The notes beneath the pieces were generated by a model that saw only the letters and a list, made by a program, of their open reading frames with translations, had not been told where the DNA came from and did not search any database. The position numbers and the translations under genes are program-made. Shown in pieces: positions 1-12,102 of a DNA stretch of 64,000 nt (positions are counted from its first letter, which is position 1; the number at the start of each line of letters is the position of its first letter). Source of the DNA: Anthoceros angustus (lineage: Eukaryota > Plantae > Anthocerotophyta). The stretch spans positions 62,001 to 126,000 of the forward strand of contig VJWM01000250.1 in assembly GCA_010909165.1 (NCBI GenBank). Reading direction: 5' to 3'.

Positions 1-660
1 CTCTGCCAACGCGGCCAGCTCAGAGATGGAACGTCCAGGATAAAACAGCAAGGAGAAATCCATAGCGTTCTCTTCGGAATCCACCATCTACTTAGCTTTC
101 GTCGGCAACTGTGGGCCTCCTTTGCAACGTCCGTTGAGACGCCTGGGGTACTCCACGGGCCCTTCGATGCTGACAGTTGCAATGTCGAGCTCCAGAAAGT
201 GGGATTGCTGATGTGCAAAAGACGATCGTGTCCCCTTTGGGCTCATCCGCAGACACCTCTTTCCTTCCAAGAGCCTCGCATCCACCACCACCCCGGGAGT
301 TGTATGGCTGTCCTTCCTACCGAACAAACATCAGCAATCAACCTCTCCCTGTGGATTGCTGCCCTTTTGATGCCCCCGCTTGGCGCCGTCCGCGATTAAC
401 CACGGGCGATCAGCTTGGGAGGCGCCGCGTCCGTGATTCCCGAAGCGCCAATCTCGCCGTAATTACACGGCTTGGCGCCTCATGCTTGGCTTCCGACTTC
501 TGACTTACTGCGGTGTCAAACCACACATGCATCGGAGATGGGCATGCACATGCCCATCATCATTCATGTCCATGCACATGAGCATGCCCCCGTGATCACG
601 CAAGTCACCACTCATGCACACATACCCATTGCACCCTCTAACATCCTATTTGCTATGACA
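1..660. mobile_element. Terminal part of a long LTR-like element ending ...TGCTATGACA, inserted in a pogo transposase
   Basis: About 218-660 is a near-identical inverted copy of 31497-31949. It ends in ACA immediately followed by CTTA, which matches the CTTA flank at 32092-32095 on the minus strand. Confidence 0.75.
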
Positions 661-1160
661 CTTACCCTTTGATATGTGTGATCTTCATTCCCGCTAGATT
701 TACTAGCAAGTTGCAACTTACTGATGTAGTCCTTCAACAACCCTTGAAGCATGCTTTCAAGCGAGAATTCTGTAAGTGAATAACCGCTACTATTGAAGAG
801 CAACTCAACGAAGGAGGAAAAATTGCTGTTAATCTCAAACTGAAAAACTTGAAGACCAAAGTGTGTGAATGGTTATTCAATACATGGACACATGTTTCAA
901 ATATGCAAGATATGATCAAACATGGATGGGAAAAGACAGGTATTTTAAGAGCATTCAACTTAGATTTTAAGATAGAGGCAATGGAAGCAAACACGACATT
1001 ATCTTTATTTTCTAGAACAACTGAAGACATAGAAGAAGGGCATGAATTTGAAGGAGAAGGAGATGATGAGGACTATTTATCTGAAATAGTGGATGTGATG
1101 AAGAAATGTTTGGCTACAGCAGAAGCTTCAAAGCTTGGAGGTCCGTTCCCAAGAGAATAA
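661..1160 (+). pseudogene. C-terminal half of a pogo/Tc1-mariner (DDE_1-type) transposase
   Basis: Translates TYPLICVIFIPARFTSKLQLTDVVLQQPLKHAFK (third catalytic Asp in an LQxxD motif), then one in-frame stop, then ...IKHGWEKTGI. Continues in frame from the N-half at 32092. Confidence 0.85.
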
Positions 1161-4100
1161 TAGGCTCCGTTGGCCACGTTTCAATCGTTTCTCACCTCAC
1201 GTAGTACCGTTTTAGACTCCACACACAATTCATCGTTTTATGACTAACTACCCGTAACATTCACCGGACAGGCCCGGCGTGACCAAACGTTTAAGGACCC
1301 GTTCGCGTCCCTATCATTCAAGTTTGTCACTCGTCCCTCTGGTCCGTTCCTCTCACCATTCATACTTCACTCATTATCCTTGGGGAAAATCGCGGTGGTG
1401 GGCGGCGGACCTCCTCCGCTTCTCCCGGGCCTCTCCGTCCAGGCTTTGCCGCCCTCAAAGTTCCTCGGCTCACGTTCGGTCAGCCCGGCCCGGGTGCAGC
1501 GAGATGAGCAGGGTCCCGGGTCGCCCTTCCTGCACACACCACCACCGTTAGGGTCCGTCACGGGACCTTGATCGATCTCTCCGGGAGTCGCCCGGGCACC
1601 TTTCTGTGACTCGGGACTCACGCTATGAAAGGCACACAAAGGGCACACCAAGAAGGCAGCATCAACACCAAGAGAAAGATACTTTGCCGGCCTCGGCCCT
1701 CTTATACTACGCCAAGGTCGGCGTCTTCCCACCTATGGGAGCTGGCTGGGCGCTCTGTCGGCCGCCTACTATTTCCCCTATTCCATCTATCTACACCGTC
1801 GGTGGTAGAGTGGGGTTGCCCATTCCGCCTTGGCGCTGGCGTAAGGCCCAACCACAATGCGGGCGCACCCAATCGGATGATCCGGCGGGCCCTACCTCTC
1901 CCGAGGTTACGTCGGTGCGCCTGGCGGCGACACAGCGGCACCACTAAATCCTCCTCCCATCCTCTCTTATCTCCTGGGCCCTTATACGGTGGGCCTCCAA
2001 GAAAGGCTCTGTCGGGGCTGGTGATTGGTGGCTCCCTCCCTCCCAGTGGTCTGGACTTGAGGTCGATCTCGACTCGGTCCGGGCCTCTGGGTCAGGTCTT
2101 CTCTCAGTCCGGACCTCTGGGTCGGTCTTCTTCTGAGTCCGAACCTGCAGGTCGGTCTCGTCACTAAGTCTGGACCTCACGAGTCCGGACTTTCTTCGAG
2201 GCCCCTCGGGTCCGACCTTTCTTCAGTCGGGACAAAGTCCGACTCCCGACTACAGGTTTCCCCTCATTGGACTTCTCGATGGTTCACCACTGAGTCCTCA
2301 GCCATTCCCGGTTGCCCAGTCGCCCTTCTCGACCCCCACGGGCCCTCCTCCCCTCCTTCCGTGGTGGGGTGCGGAGTGCTTACCTCAGTGACCTTCCTCG
2401 TCTTGCTCCTCCGGCTGCTCTCCCTCGCTTCTTCTTTATCGTGATCAAGCTCCTAAGGTCCCCGTGGCCGTGCTATCTCCGGGGCCCTCCTCCCTCGCTC
2501 CTCCTTCTGACCCATCTGGAATTCCATCCACCTGCCGTGGGTGGCGCGACACCTCCAGTGCCTTGAGAAGCTCCGCGTGGTAGTAGGCAAATTCGGAGTC
2601 AACTTGTTGGATTGCCTCCTCCATGTGGGCTCGGAGCACCCGATACTCCCTCCTCTAGGGAGTGCAGGCGTGGGCGTGTTGTTACACTATCGAGCCGATA
2701 CTGGGCGCCTAATCGGCCGCCTACTATTTCCCTATTCCATCTACTACACCGTCGGTGTGGGTTGCCCTGATTCCGCCTTGGCGCCGGGCGCCCAAGGCCC
2801 AACCGACAATCAAGGGCGCACCCAATCGGATGATCCGCGAGGCGGGCCCCTACCTCTCGAGTTCCGCCAGTCGCCACGCGGCGGCTCGACAACGCCGGGT
2901 CACCACTAAATCCTCCTCCCATCCTCTCTTATCTCCGGGCGGCCCTTGTACATGGGCCTCCAAGAGAAGGCTCTGGCTGGTGATTGGTGGCCCTCCCGCC
3001 TCCCCGAGTCTCGACTCAGGTCCAGCCTGACCCGAGTCCGACCTCTAGGTCCGTCTTTCTCCGGGTCCGGACTGGTCCTGTCTTCTTTCCGAGTCCGAAC
3101 CTCCGGGTCCGGCTGTCTGTCCAGAGTCCTGACCTCCGAGTCCAGATTTTCAGAGGCCGACGGGTCCGGGTTTCTGAGTCCGGGACAAAGTCCGGACCAC
3201 GAACACCGGGTTTCCTCTGGGACTTCTCTGGTTCACCCACGCCCTCCTGCCTGTTGAGTCGCCCTTCCGCCCCCTCACGGGCCCTCCTCCCCTCCTTCCG
3301 TGGGTGCGGAGTGCTTACCTCAAAGCGCAGCCTTCCCACGCCTTGCTCCTCCACCTGCTCCCTCGCTGCCGGCCAAACACTGGGCCTCTAAGGTCCCTGG
3401 CTGTATATCCCGGCCCTCCTCCTCGCCTCCTCCTTCGACCCATCCGAATTCCATCCACCGCCGGGGTGGCGCGACACCTCCGGTTTTGAGAAGCTCCGCG
3501 TAGTAGGCAAAGTCGGAGTCAACTTGTTGAATTGCCTCCTCCATGGGGCTCGGAGCACCATACTCCCTCCTCTAGAGGTGCTCCTGGCGTGTTGTCCGCT
3601 GCGCCGCTCACGCCAGGCTTGCCAACGAGCCGCACCCTTGATGCCGCCAAGGCGGCCTCCGACACCTCCTCGCAGCCTTTGCCGCCGCTCGACGTGTTCT
3701 CCTCCTTCGCTGTGCAGCCCACCACTTTGCCGCCATGGAGCCGAGCTCCCTCTACCTCCGCAACGGACAAGCAGCCTGCCTCCTCCTCCAGCGCTGCCCC
3801 TCCGCTCATCCTTACCCGGAGGTCCGCCACTTTCTCCAAAGCGGCCAGATCTCCTCACCCATGCTTCCTCCATTCTTCACTGGCGACGTCCAACTCGATC
3901 GCCATTCTCCTCCGCCTTCGCGGCCGGAGGCACTCTATCTCCCGCTCAAGTCTTGGATTCTCCTGCTGAGAATCCCGTGTTGCTCGACGCTGCCTTGGAG
4001 TTGCTGTGGTGTCCTTGCCGCCTTCCGCCTCCCCGCCGCCTCCTCCGCTCCCGCACCGCACTGAGGTCCCCTATTTCTCGGTGCTGGCCTCCATCTCTTC

Positions 4101-5173
4101 CTCGCTCGCCCACCGCCTCCGCTGCCACTTTCGCCTTCAGTTAGCTGTTACCCCGCTGCCTCCCTCCACCGGCCCGATCACGCTTGCAGTGATCCCTGGC
4201 GACCTTCCGCCTCCCGCGCCACCGAGCCTCACCGGCTTGGTGTTGGTCTAGCCGAGCCGCCAGTCGCGGCGCCTCTCCGCCACGACCCTCCTCCGCCTCC
4301 TTCGGCCCGCCTCCGCTTGCAGGTCCCCGTGCTTGGGCCTCTGCACGCTCACCGTTTCGCACAATGAAGGATCTTGGTCCGGCTCTGGACCGTCTCGACC
4401 TCCGCCCGCCTCCCGACGCTTCCCTCCTCAATTCGAGCGAGGGATTCCGCCTTCTTCTTCGCCTCCGGTGAGGCCCAGCCCAGGCTGCCGTTCCTCACCT
4501 CCAGTTCGCCCCGCCAATCAAGCGATCTGCGGAGGTGGCTTCTCGCACCTCGACTACGAGCTTCCTGTTGACCAGGCGAAGATTATCACCGCGGTCGCGC
4601 GTTCCCTTCTCTGTTGGAGGAACGCAGTTATCCCAGGTGGTCCACCTTGGTGAGCATATTCGGTGGGCGATAATCCCGAGGGTACCCTCATCCGGAGGTC
4701 AGGCATCGACCACGTTGGAGGAGCTGCGTTCCCCAGTCCCAAAAGGGCTCGCGCTTCCACCTTCCCCTTCAGCGGGGTTCGGTCTCTCCTCCTACTTCCT
4801 CATTGGCGGTGCCGCTCTCGGGACCTCCGGTCCACCTCTTGAGTCCTCCTGCGGTTCTTGGTGGATCTCCTTGTTGGCCGCCAACATCTTCCAGGCGTAC
4901 TCCGGACTAGGGTATGTTGTGGTCCAGGCTGGAAAATATCCGGTGCCACTTCTGCTCCTCCGCCTCCTCCGCCAGGCGAGCTCGGGTGGCGCTTGTTGGC
5001 GATGTTGCGCTCCACCAAGCGCCGCCGCTCTACGCTCCGCGTTCCTTCTTGGGCCCCCATCCCCACCTCCTTTGTTGAGGCGGGGCTCCACAATCTCTCG
5101 CTCCTCGGGCGCGGCGTCAGTTATTAATGCACCCTTGACCTTGAGGTCTCAGCCTTCTCTTTTGTGATGTGAC
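1140..5173 (-). mobile_element. Degenerate GC-rich retroelement-like segment with a frameshifted coiled-coil ORF
   Basis: Minus strand begins TGTCACATCACA at 5173. E/A/R-rich frameshifted coding remnants at about 3320-4430 (EEAIQQVDSDFAYYAELLK). Internal duplications. Boundaries approximate. Confidence 0.4.
1750..3580. repeat. Tandem duplication of about 0.9 kb (about 1750-2665 and 2706-3580) with internal ~20-bp GTCCGGACCTC-type repeats
   Basis: Shared strings such as tcggccgcctactatttccctattccatcta and taggcaaa.tcggagtcaacttgttg occur in both copies. Confidence 0.85.
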
Positions 5174-6536
5174 ACACCTACCGGCCGTAGGGACCTACCA
5201 AATCCTTCTACACACAATCAAGGAAAATGATCAAAGAGCAATAAAAAATGAGCATTGATACCATCCACATTCAATTCATTTTGCTAGGCCTGCTGTTACC
5301 ATTAAGCCGACACATAATTCTGCCAACCCACACCACTATGAGAGTGTGAAGGACCGGCATAGAGCCTTATGAACTTCTCAGTCGCCAACTGCAAGGAGCT
5401 TCACAACCCTCACGTGATCGTTGTCCAAGATTGTGCACAGCCTCAGCACTTTTGTGGCTATGGGAATGCCTTTTTACACCTCCGAAGCTCGCTTGGCAAG
5501 GCACAGAGGCAGGTTCATGCGTGAAACTCAAAGACGGGATTTGTGACCAGCGCGGTCTGAAGACTCTTCTCAAGTTAGTGAGACTATATTGGGACGACAT
5601 GGAATGCATCCGTCAGAGTCGCACACCGTGTAATCGCTTTTGATCCCTGCATGAACCGTGGGCGACTCTTGGGGCGAACAAGAGAGATACGCCTTGGTGG
5701 ATCGGTTTATTGCATGAAAGGTGCCTTGTGTATGCCTTACGATTTTCGACATGTTTCACGAGTTCTTTTGAATCATGTGTCCTAGTAAGACCATAGATTC
5801 GGACATCGGCTTCTTTTATCGTAGAATGTGTTTTCTTTAGGCACACTTGCAAGACGAGTCAGTTCTTGCTCTTTCAATCTGTATCTTCGCGTATGCAATT
5901 TCAATCAAATCGACATAGTCTCTATTGCCCAATACAACTAGGTTTGCAATTCCAATCGAATGGCGGTCTCCATTGCGGCCCGGTGAGGTCGGAAAGCCAC
6001 AAGCTGCAGCGCAGCCATGATGATTGGTGTAGCCCTCGAGCCTCGGATGATCTCGGCCGGGACTATAGGCAGCCTCAATATTGTGGGTATGGGCCGGGCG
6101 AATGTATGAGCTCACGAGCGTACATTAATGAGCTCAAGGCCAAGGGTGCATTAATGTAAGGAGCAGTCATGAACACAGCGGTGAATAAGGTGAATTATCT
6201 CTACAAAGAATGGCGCTCCACGAGAAGAATGCTAACCAGCGGTATCGCCAGTTGCCGGGGCATAGGCTCGTGGCGTTTTGCGTTCGATGCAAACCAGATG
6301 CTCGCTCGCGGATCACGAGTATGCTCATGTTCTAATATCAACCCCCATTAGAAGCTACCTTCATTACCAAGAAAAGGAAGCCTTGGGCCTCGAGCATCAT
6401 GATGAACTTCATAATGACATATATTTATGTGTGGACCCCTCAATCTTTTGCCTCGGTACTACTATGGACAGGGCACTACGGGGAGTATACTTCTTGCGCG
6501 CCGCTTTTGCATCCTCATTCACCTAATAAGCCTCAT

Positions 6537-6841
6537 CAATGCCCGTCGCTCTTCCAAATCCGAAGTTGCGGTTAAGCCAGGATGGTGGATCAGTACCTGG
6601 ATGGGGGACCGACTTCCCTTGATGAATTTGGAATATCATGTAGCTTTCACACCCCATTACTTGCAATTAAGCCGGGAGGATGGATCAGTACTTGGATGGG
6701 GGACTGACTTCCCTTGATGAATTTAAAGTATCATGTAGCTTTCACACCCCATTACTTGCAGTTAAGCCGGGAGGGTGGATCGATTGCCGGATGAGGACCT
6801 ACCTCCCTTGATGAATATAACATATCATATGTAGATTTCAC
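6537..6841 (+). repeat. Three 95-bp tandem units containing 5S rRNA-like box A and box C
   Basis: (G/A)TTAAGC at 6571, 6666 and 6761, followed by AGTAC(C/T)TGGATGGGGGAC in units 1-2 (unit 3 degenerate). Plant 5S reads GCAGTTAAGC...AGTACTAGGATGGGTGACC. Confidence 0.7.
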
Positions 6842-8665
6842 GGTACCATCGCCATCCTGGAGGACGCTGCGTTCTCGCAAAAGGGCCGCGCTTCCACCTT
6901 CCTTCACCTTCGGGGTTCCGGTACTACTCCTCCTACTTCCTCGGGCGTTATGGCGCTCTCGGGACCTCCACGGTCCACCTCTTAGGGTCCTCCTGCAGTT
7001 CTTGGATCGGATCTCCTTGTTGGCCGCATCTTGGCGTACTCCGGACTAGGGGTGGCCTTCGAAGGTCGAGCGGCACGGAAAATGTCCAGTGCCACTCCTC
7101 CACCAGCTCCTCCGCCTCCTCCGGCCACGGCCCAAGTCGGGTGGCGCTTGGTGCGATGTTGCGCTCCACCAAGCGCCATGGCTCCCACGCCTCCGCGCTT
7201 TCTTGGGTCCCATCTTCACACTCCTTACATTCCATTGTTGAGGCAGGGAGGCTCCACAATCTCTCGCTCCTGGGCGCTTGGCTTATTAATATGCACCCCA
7301 CCTTGAGGTCGGCCTTCTCTTTGTGATGTGACACCTCACGTAGGACCTACCAAATCCTTCTACACACAATCAAGGAAAATGATCAAGAAGCAATAAAAAT
7401 GAGCATTGATACCATCCACATTCAATTCATTTTGCTGAGCTGCTTTGTTACCATTAAGCGACACATAGTGCGCCACACCACTATGAGTGTGAAGGACCGG
7501 CATAGAGCCTTATGAACTTCTCGGGCGCAAGGAGCTTCACAACCCTCACGTGATCGTTGTCCAAGATTGTGTGCACCTCACTTTTGTGGCTATGGGAATG
7601 CCTTTTTACACCTCCAGCTCGCTTGGCAAGGCCGCAGGCGGGTTCATGCGCGTGAAACTCAAAGACGGATTTGTGACCAGCGGTCCAAGACTCTTCTCAA
7701 GTTAGTGAGGACTATTGGAGACATGCATCCGTCGAGTCGCACCGTAATGCGCTTTGATCCCTGCATGAACCGTGGGCGACTTGCCGAACAAGAGAGATAC
7801 GCCTTGGTGGATCGGTTTATTGCATGAAAGGTGCCTGTGTATGCCTTACAGTTTTCGACATGTTTCGAGTTCTTTTGAATCTGTGTCCTAGTAAGACCAT
7901 AGATTGTCGGACATCGGCTTCTTTTATCTAGAATGTGTTTTCTTTAGGCACACTTGCAAGACAGTCGATTCTTGCTCTTTCAATCTGTATCTTCGCGTAT
8001 GCAATTTCAATCAAATCGACATAGTCTCTATTGCCCAATACAACTAGGTTTGCAATTCCAATCGAATAGCGGTCTCCATTGCGGCGGTGAGGTCGGAAAG
8101 CCACTGGCTGCGGCGCAGCCATGATGATGGTGCGGTGTAGCCCTCGAGCCTCGGATGATCTCGGCCGGGACTATAGGCAGCCTCAATATTGTGGGTATGG
8201 GCCGGGCGAATGTATGAGCTCACGAGAAAGCGTGCATTAATGAGCTCAAGGCCAAGGGTGCATTAATGTAAGGAGCAGACTCGCGACAAGCGGTGAATAA
8301 GGTGAATTATCTCTACAAAGAATGGCGGCGCTCCACAGGAGAATGCTAACCGAGTATCATCGGCGAGTTGCCGGGCATAGGCTCGTGAGGCGTTTTGCGT
8401 TTCGCCAAAATGATGCAAACCAGATGCTCACAATCGCTCGCGGATCACGAGTATGCTCATGTTCTAATATCAACCCCCATTAGAAGCTACCTTCATTACC
8501 AAGAAAAGGAAGCCTTGGGCCTCGAGCATCATGATGAACTTCATAATGACATATATTTATGTATGGACCCCTCAATCTTTTGCCTCGGTACTACTATGGA
8601 TGTGCACTGGGGAGTATACTTCTGCGCTACCGCTTTTGCATCCTCATTCACCTAATAAGCCTCAT

Positions 8666-9061
8666 CAATGCCCGCTCTCCAACCGGTTAAGCGGATGGTG
8701 GATCGACCGGATGGGGGACCGACTTCCCTTGATGAATTTGGAATATCATGTACCTTTCACACCCCATTACTTGCAATTAAGCCAGGAGGATGGATCAGTA
8801 CTTGGATGGGGGACTGACTTCCCTTGATGAATTTAAAGTATCATGTAGCTTTCACACCCCATTACTTGCAGTTAAGCCGGGAGGGTGGATCAGTACCCGG
8901 ATGAGGGACCTACCTCCCTTGATGAATATAACATATCATGTAGATTTCACACCCCATTACTTGCAGTTAAGTCGAGAGGGCGGATCAGTACCTGGATGGG
9001 GGATCGACTTCCCTCCATGAAATTAAAATATAATGTAGCTTTCACACCCCATTACTTGCAG
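8666..9061 (+). repeat. Four ~95-bp tandem units containing 5S rRNA-like box A and box C
   Basis: Unit starts at 8686, 8776, 8871 and 8966; same consensus as 6537-6841. Confidence 0.7.
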
Positions 9062-9306
9062 TCCTTGAGTTAGTTCACACAGACATTTCCGGCCCAGTTT
9101 CTGCACCATCCTTTAGTGGTTGTAGATACTTCCTTACTTTTATTGATGATTTCTCCCGTTTTACCTCAACATATATCCTTAAGCACAAAAGTGAAGCTTT
9201 TCAATACTTTAAGGACTACATGATGTGGGCAGAGAGACTTACAGATAAGAAACTCAAGACCCTCCGTTCAGATAATGGAGGCGAGTTTACATCACATGCT
9301 TTTACT
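9061..9306 (+). pseudogene. Ty1/Copia integrase core fragment
   Basis: Translates VLELVHTDISGP...YFLTFIDDFSRFT...KSEAF...KTLRSDNGGEF, the canonical Copia rve motifs. Confidence 0.92.
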
Positions 9307-12102
9307 ATATTTGCGATTTCAACTTGATCATTCCAGAAATCCGTCCACCATTCTTCCTCCGCAGTAGTCAAATAAGTTGGTAGCTTTATCAATCCTTTCT
9401 TCAAGTGATCCACGCCTTCACGTGCGGTAAGACCGCCCTCACTTCCCTTTTTGTCTTTTGCCCGCAGTGCCATCAAAGGAGTCGGGCCGATGACGGCTCG
9501 AACATGAGACAAAAACTCCCCATCTTCGGATTCCCACAATGGCGAGGTAGAGTCGCTTACAATGACAGCATTTCCGGCCGACTTTGTCTTCCTGTGATTT
9601 TGAACCGTGTTGAAATGATAGGTTGTTCAACTTCCGCACTGTGTATTTCACCACAACTGCTCCTATAGGCCACACGAATGACCTAAGTCGGCAACCTCTC
9701 ACAACATTACCTCGGATTTGGCGTGAATGACTCCCTCAAAATTTCTTGCATTGTAGGTAAGGACCGGCCTCTTTATGCTTTAAATGCTTGGAGAAACAAG
9801 AGAACATTTGATCTACTGGTGTGTATGCCCGACAAGAAGGAAACCAACCTTCACTTTCTCAAACGTCCCGAGTTCCACAAGCATGTTCAAATACAAATAA
9901 AAGCTGGTTCTTGTTCTCCCTACATGTGTTGTCCAACTGTAGATATAACACCTTGGGAAGTAATCCGCATAGGTATGTATAACATCCGGATAATGGTTAT
10001 TGTCGTTTGCATCATTTGCTAAATTTGCATAATGCGAGATAGGCCCGCTTTGAATGTGTAGTTATGTATCATGCAGCCCACCACATGTCGTGATTCGACT
10101 CTCCTCTTTCAAGTCCTTGGGCCACCTCAAAATATGTGGGAGTGAAGTTTTCTTGGTCCATCATACGATTGATAACAACATATATTTATGAGGCTCCTTG
10201 TAAGATTTTGAGCGATGCTTGGTCAACTTCTTCCTTTCCTCCATCAATCGTATCGATGCTTGTTCGATGCCTCTTGGTACAAGGTCGCATCACAACAATA
10301 CGTCGAGATATGGCCAACCATGAAATATACCAAAAGAAGCTATCATCCATGATTGGACCAATCGAATGTTATATGCCATCTGCTTGCACAAAATCAAATA
10401 AATGACATTGAATAGAGATCAATAGCGGTATATATATACTAAACATGGGCGGCGGCAACGGCGTTCATGCGTGGTCGCACTTATGCTTGCTTTTCCGCCG
10501 CTGCACCATACCACATGGGAGGCGCGTCACGGAATGTGCCGGCGGTGGACAAAATCACGGCAAACGGGCATTGTCTGCCGATAAGCGGCATGCATTATAA
10601 CGCGTGGCGGCGACATGCCGCGCCCATGCCCCTCTTGATGCTGCAGGCGCGGCATGCGGCGCCGCTCCATCAGACATTGTGGGGCCCGGCATGGCCCCCT
10701 CGCCTTACTTTAGAGCTGGCGCTAAGGAATGTGAGCGCAGCATGCCATCGCCTTGCTTGCTTGTGGCCCTCGGGCGCATAGGCGCATGCGGCGCCACGCA
10801 AGCATGCCGAGTTAGCGCCTCATGCGCCTCTATGCCACGAAGATGGCGCATGGGCGGCGCATGCCGGCGCCCATGTGCGACCAGTGCAGGCGGGGCGGCG
10901 CGACGCCATCCCACGAGGGCGCGGGCGCCGGCATGCCTGCGCCCATGCGCCTTGAAGCATGGAGCACCTCGCGGCCATGCGCCCATCATGTGGTAGGGAG
11001 CATCACGGCGCCATGTTGCTGTGCCCATCCGGCTGCAGCGAGACCATCTCCGGCATCTCGCCGCCATTGCGCCATGCGAGTCCATCCCACAAACTCCATC
11101 TTTTCCGTGCGATTCAACAACTCGGAAAACCAATTACGGAGGAGGGGCCTACCTTGGTCACTTGACATGTGCCCGTATGTTGCACTTCAACCCCGCGCAT
11201 AATGAACAAGTTGAGAACCTGTTGGACTTTGGTATCTTAACACGCTTGAAATTCTGAGCCCACAACCGCAAGAAGTATGCATAGAAACAAACCGTAGTCC
11301 TTTCTGCTCCATTCCAATCTTGTACTGTGTCCACAACTCGAGTCACGTGAAAGTGTCTGGTAGGTTATATACCTCCACATTCGGCAACCGCTCTGCTAAG
11401 TGGAGGAAAGTGGAGTCCATCCAGGCAATTGCACCCAAAGCATGGGAGGATTGCACACGAGGGCTAGCCTTGTTCGCATCCCAAGGTGCATCTACAAGGA
11501 CCCTATGCTTCAACTCCTCGTACCTTGCCGATCCTATCATGTAAATGCAAGGCCTTTAACAGACATTGCATTGGAACACTGTCCCATGAGGTGAGTATAA
11601 ACCTTGTCTCTTGTTTTGGCCGAAATTAGGGCGCTAAAGATGCGAAAGGTCTCTGCTCGCCGCCCCATCCTCAAGAACTCCGTTGCTCTTGGAAAGCTTC
11701 TTTCGTAAACTTGGGGATGCATAGTTTGTTGCAACAAGGCTTGCGAAATCTTCACCGATATCTCCTCGCTCTTCTTAAGCGCGCCGCCCGCCAACACAAA
11801 ACCCGCATCATGCTAGGTTGTAATGTCTCAAAAAGGCTTGGGATGGTATGTGATGGCATTGCCACCCACTCCTCGTAATTAATTGGAGGTGTCGAAATAC
11901 ATCCCGGCCTCTCCATTGGGAGCTCCCCATGTCCACCACACGTCAGGTTGAACAATCCCAGCGTGCGCTCATCATTCCTTCTTATGCCACGGCGATCCTC
12001 CTCGTGCAGGACTTTTTGCATGGCTGAGTACATGTTCAAGTTCCTTGAAGTTGGGGGTACAATCTGGGGCATACGGAATGGTGAGTCCTTCGCCACCAGG
12101 AC
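9307..12102 (-). pseudogene. Degenerate Sola-like (DUF7869-type) DDD transposase, apparently intron-containing
   Basis: Minus-strand motifs in order: FLRLWAQNFKRVKIPKSNRFSTCSLC (about 11190-11270); frameshifted SIxxDGMDQxKTSLP (about 10140-10180); LPKVLYLQLDNTCRENKN (about 9905-9960); VGFLLVGHTH..DQMFS (about 9795-9850). Confidence 0.75.
10440..11100. repeat. GC-rich tract of dispersed GCGCCCATG/CATGGGCGC motifs inside the Sola-like gene
   Basis: Motif recurs in both orientations; a similar cluster lies at 20454-20520. Confidence 0.5.

Larger units (their letters stand above)
4681..9061. repeat. Tandem duplication of about 2.2 kb (4681-6841 and 6842-9061)
   Basis: Collinear near-identical copies that differ mostly by 1-4 bp indels. 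Confidence 0.9.

Noticed and set aside
1279-5167. Many overlapping Pro/Arg/Ser-rich ORFs
   Set aside because: Shadow ORFs of GC-rich repetitive TE sequence with no recognisable domains.
6571-9061. 95-bp array as a CRISPR array or as 5S rRNA genes
   Set aside because: There are no unique spacers or cas genes and the context is eukaryotic. Units are shorter than 5S rRNA and lack its 5' and 3' stem.
4681-9061. 2.2-kb tandem duplication as a biological event
   Set aside because: The copies differ mainly by scattered small indels typical of noisy long-read consensus, so an assembly artefact cannot be excluded.
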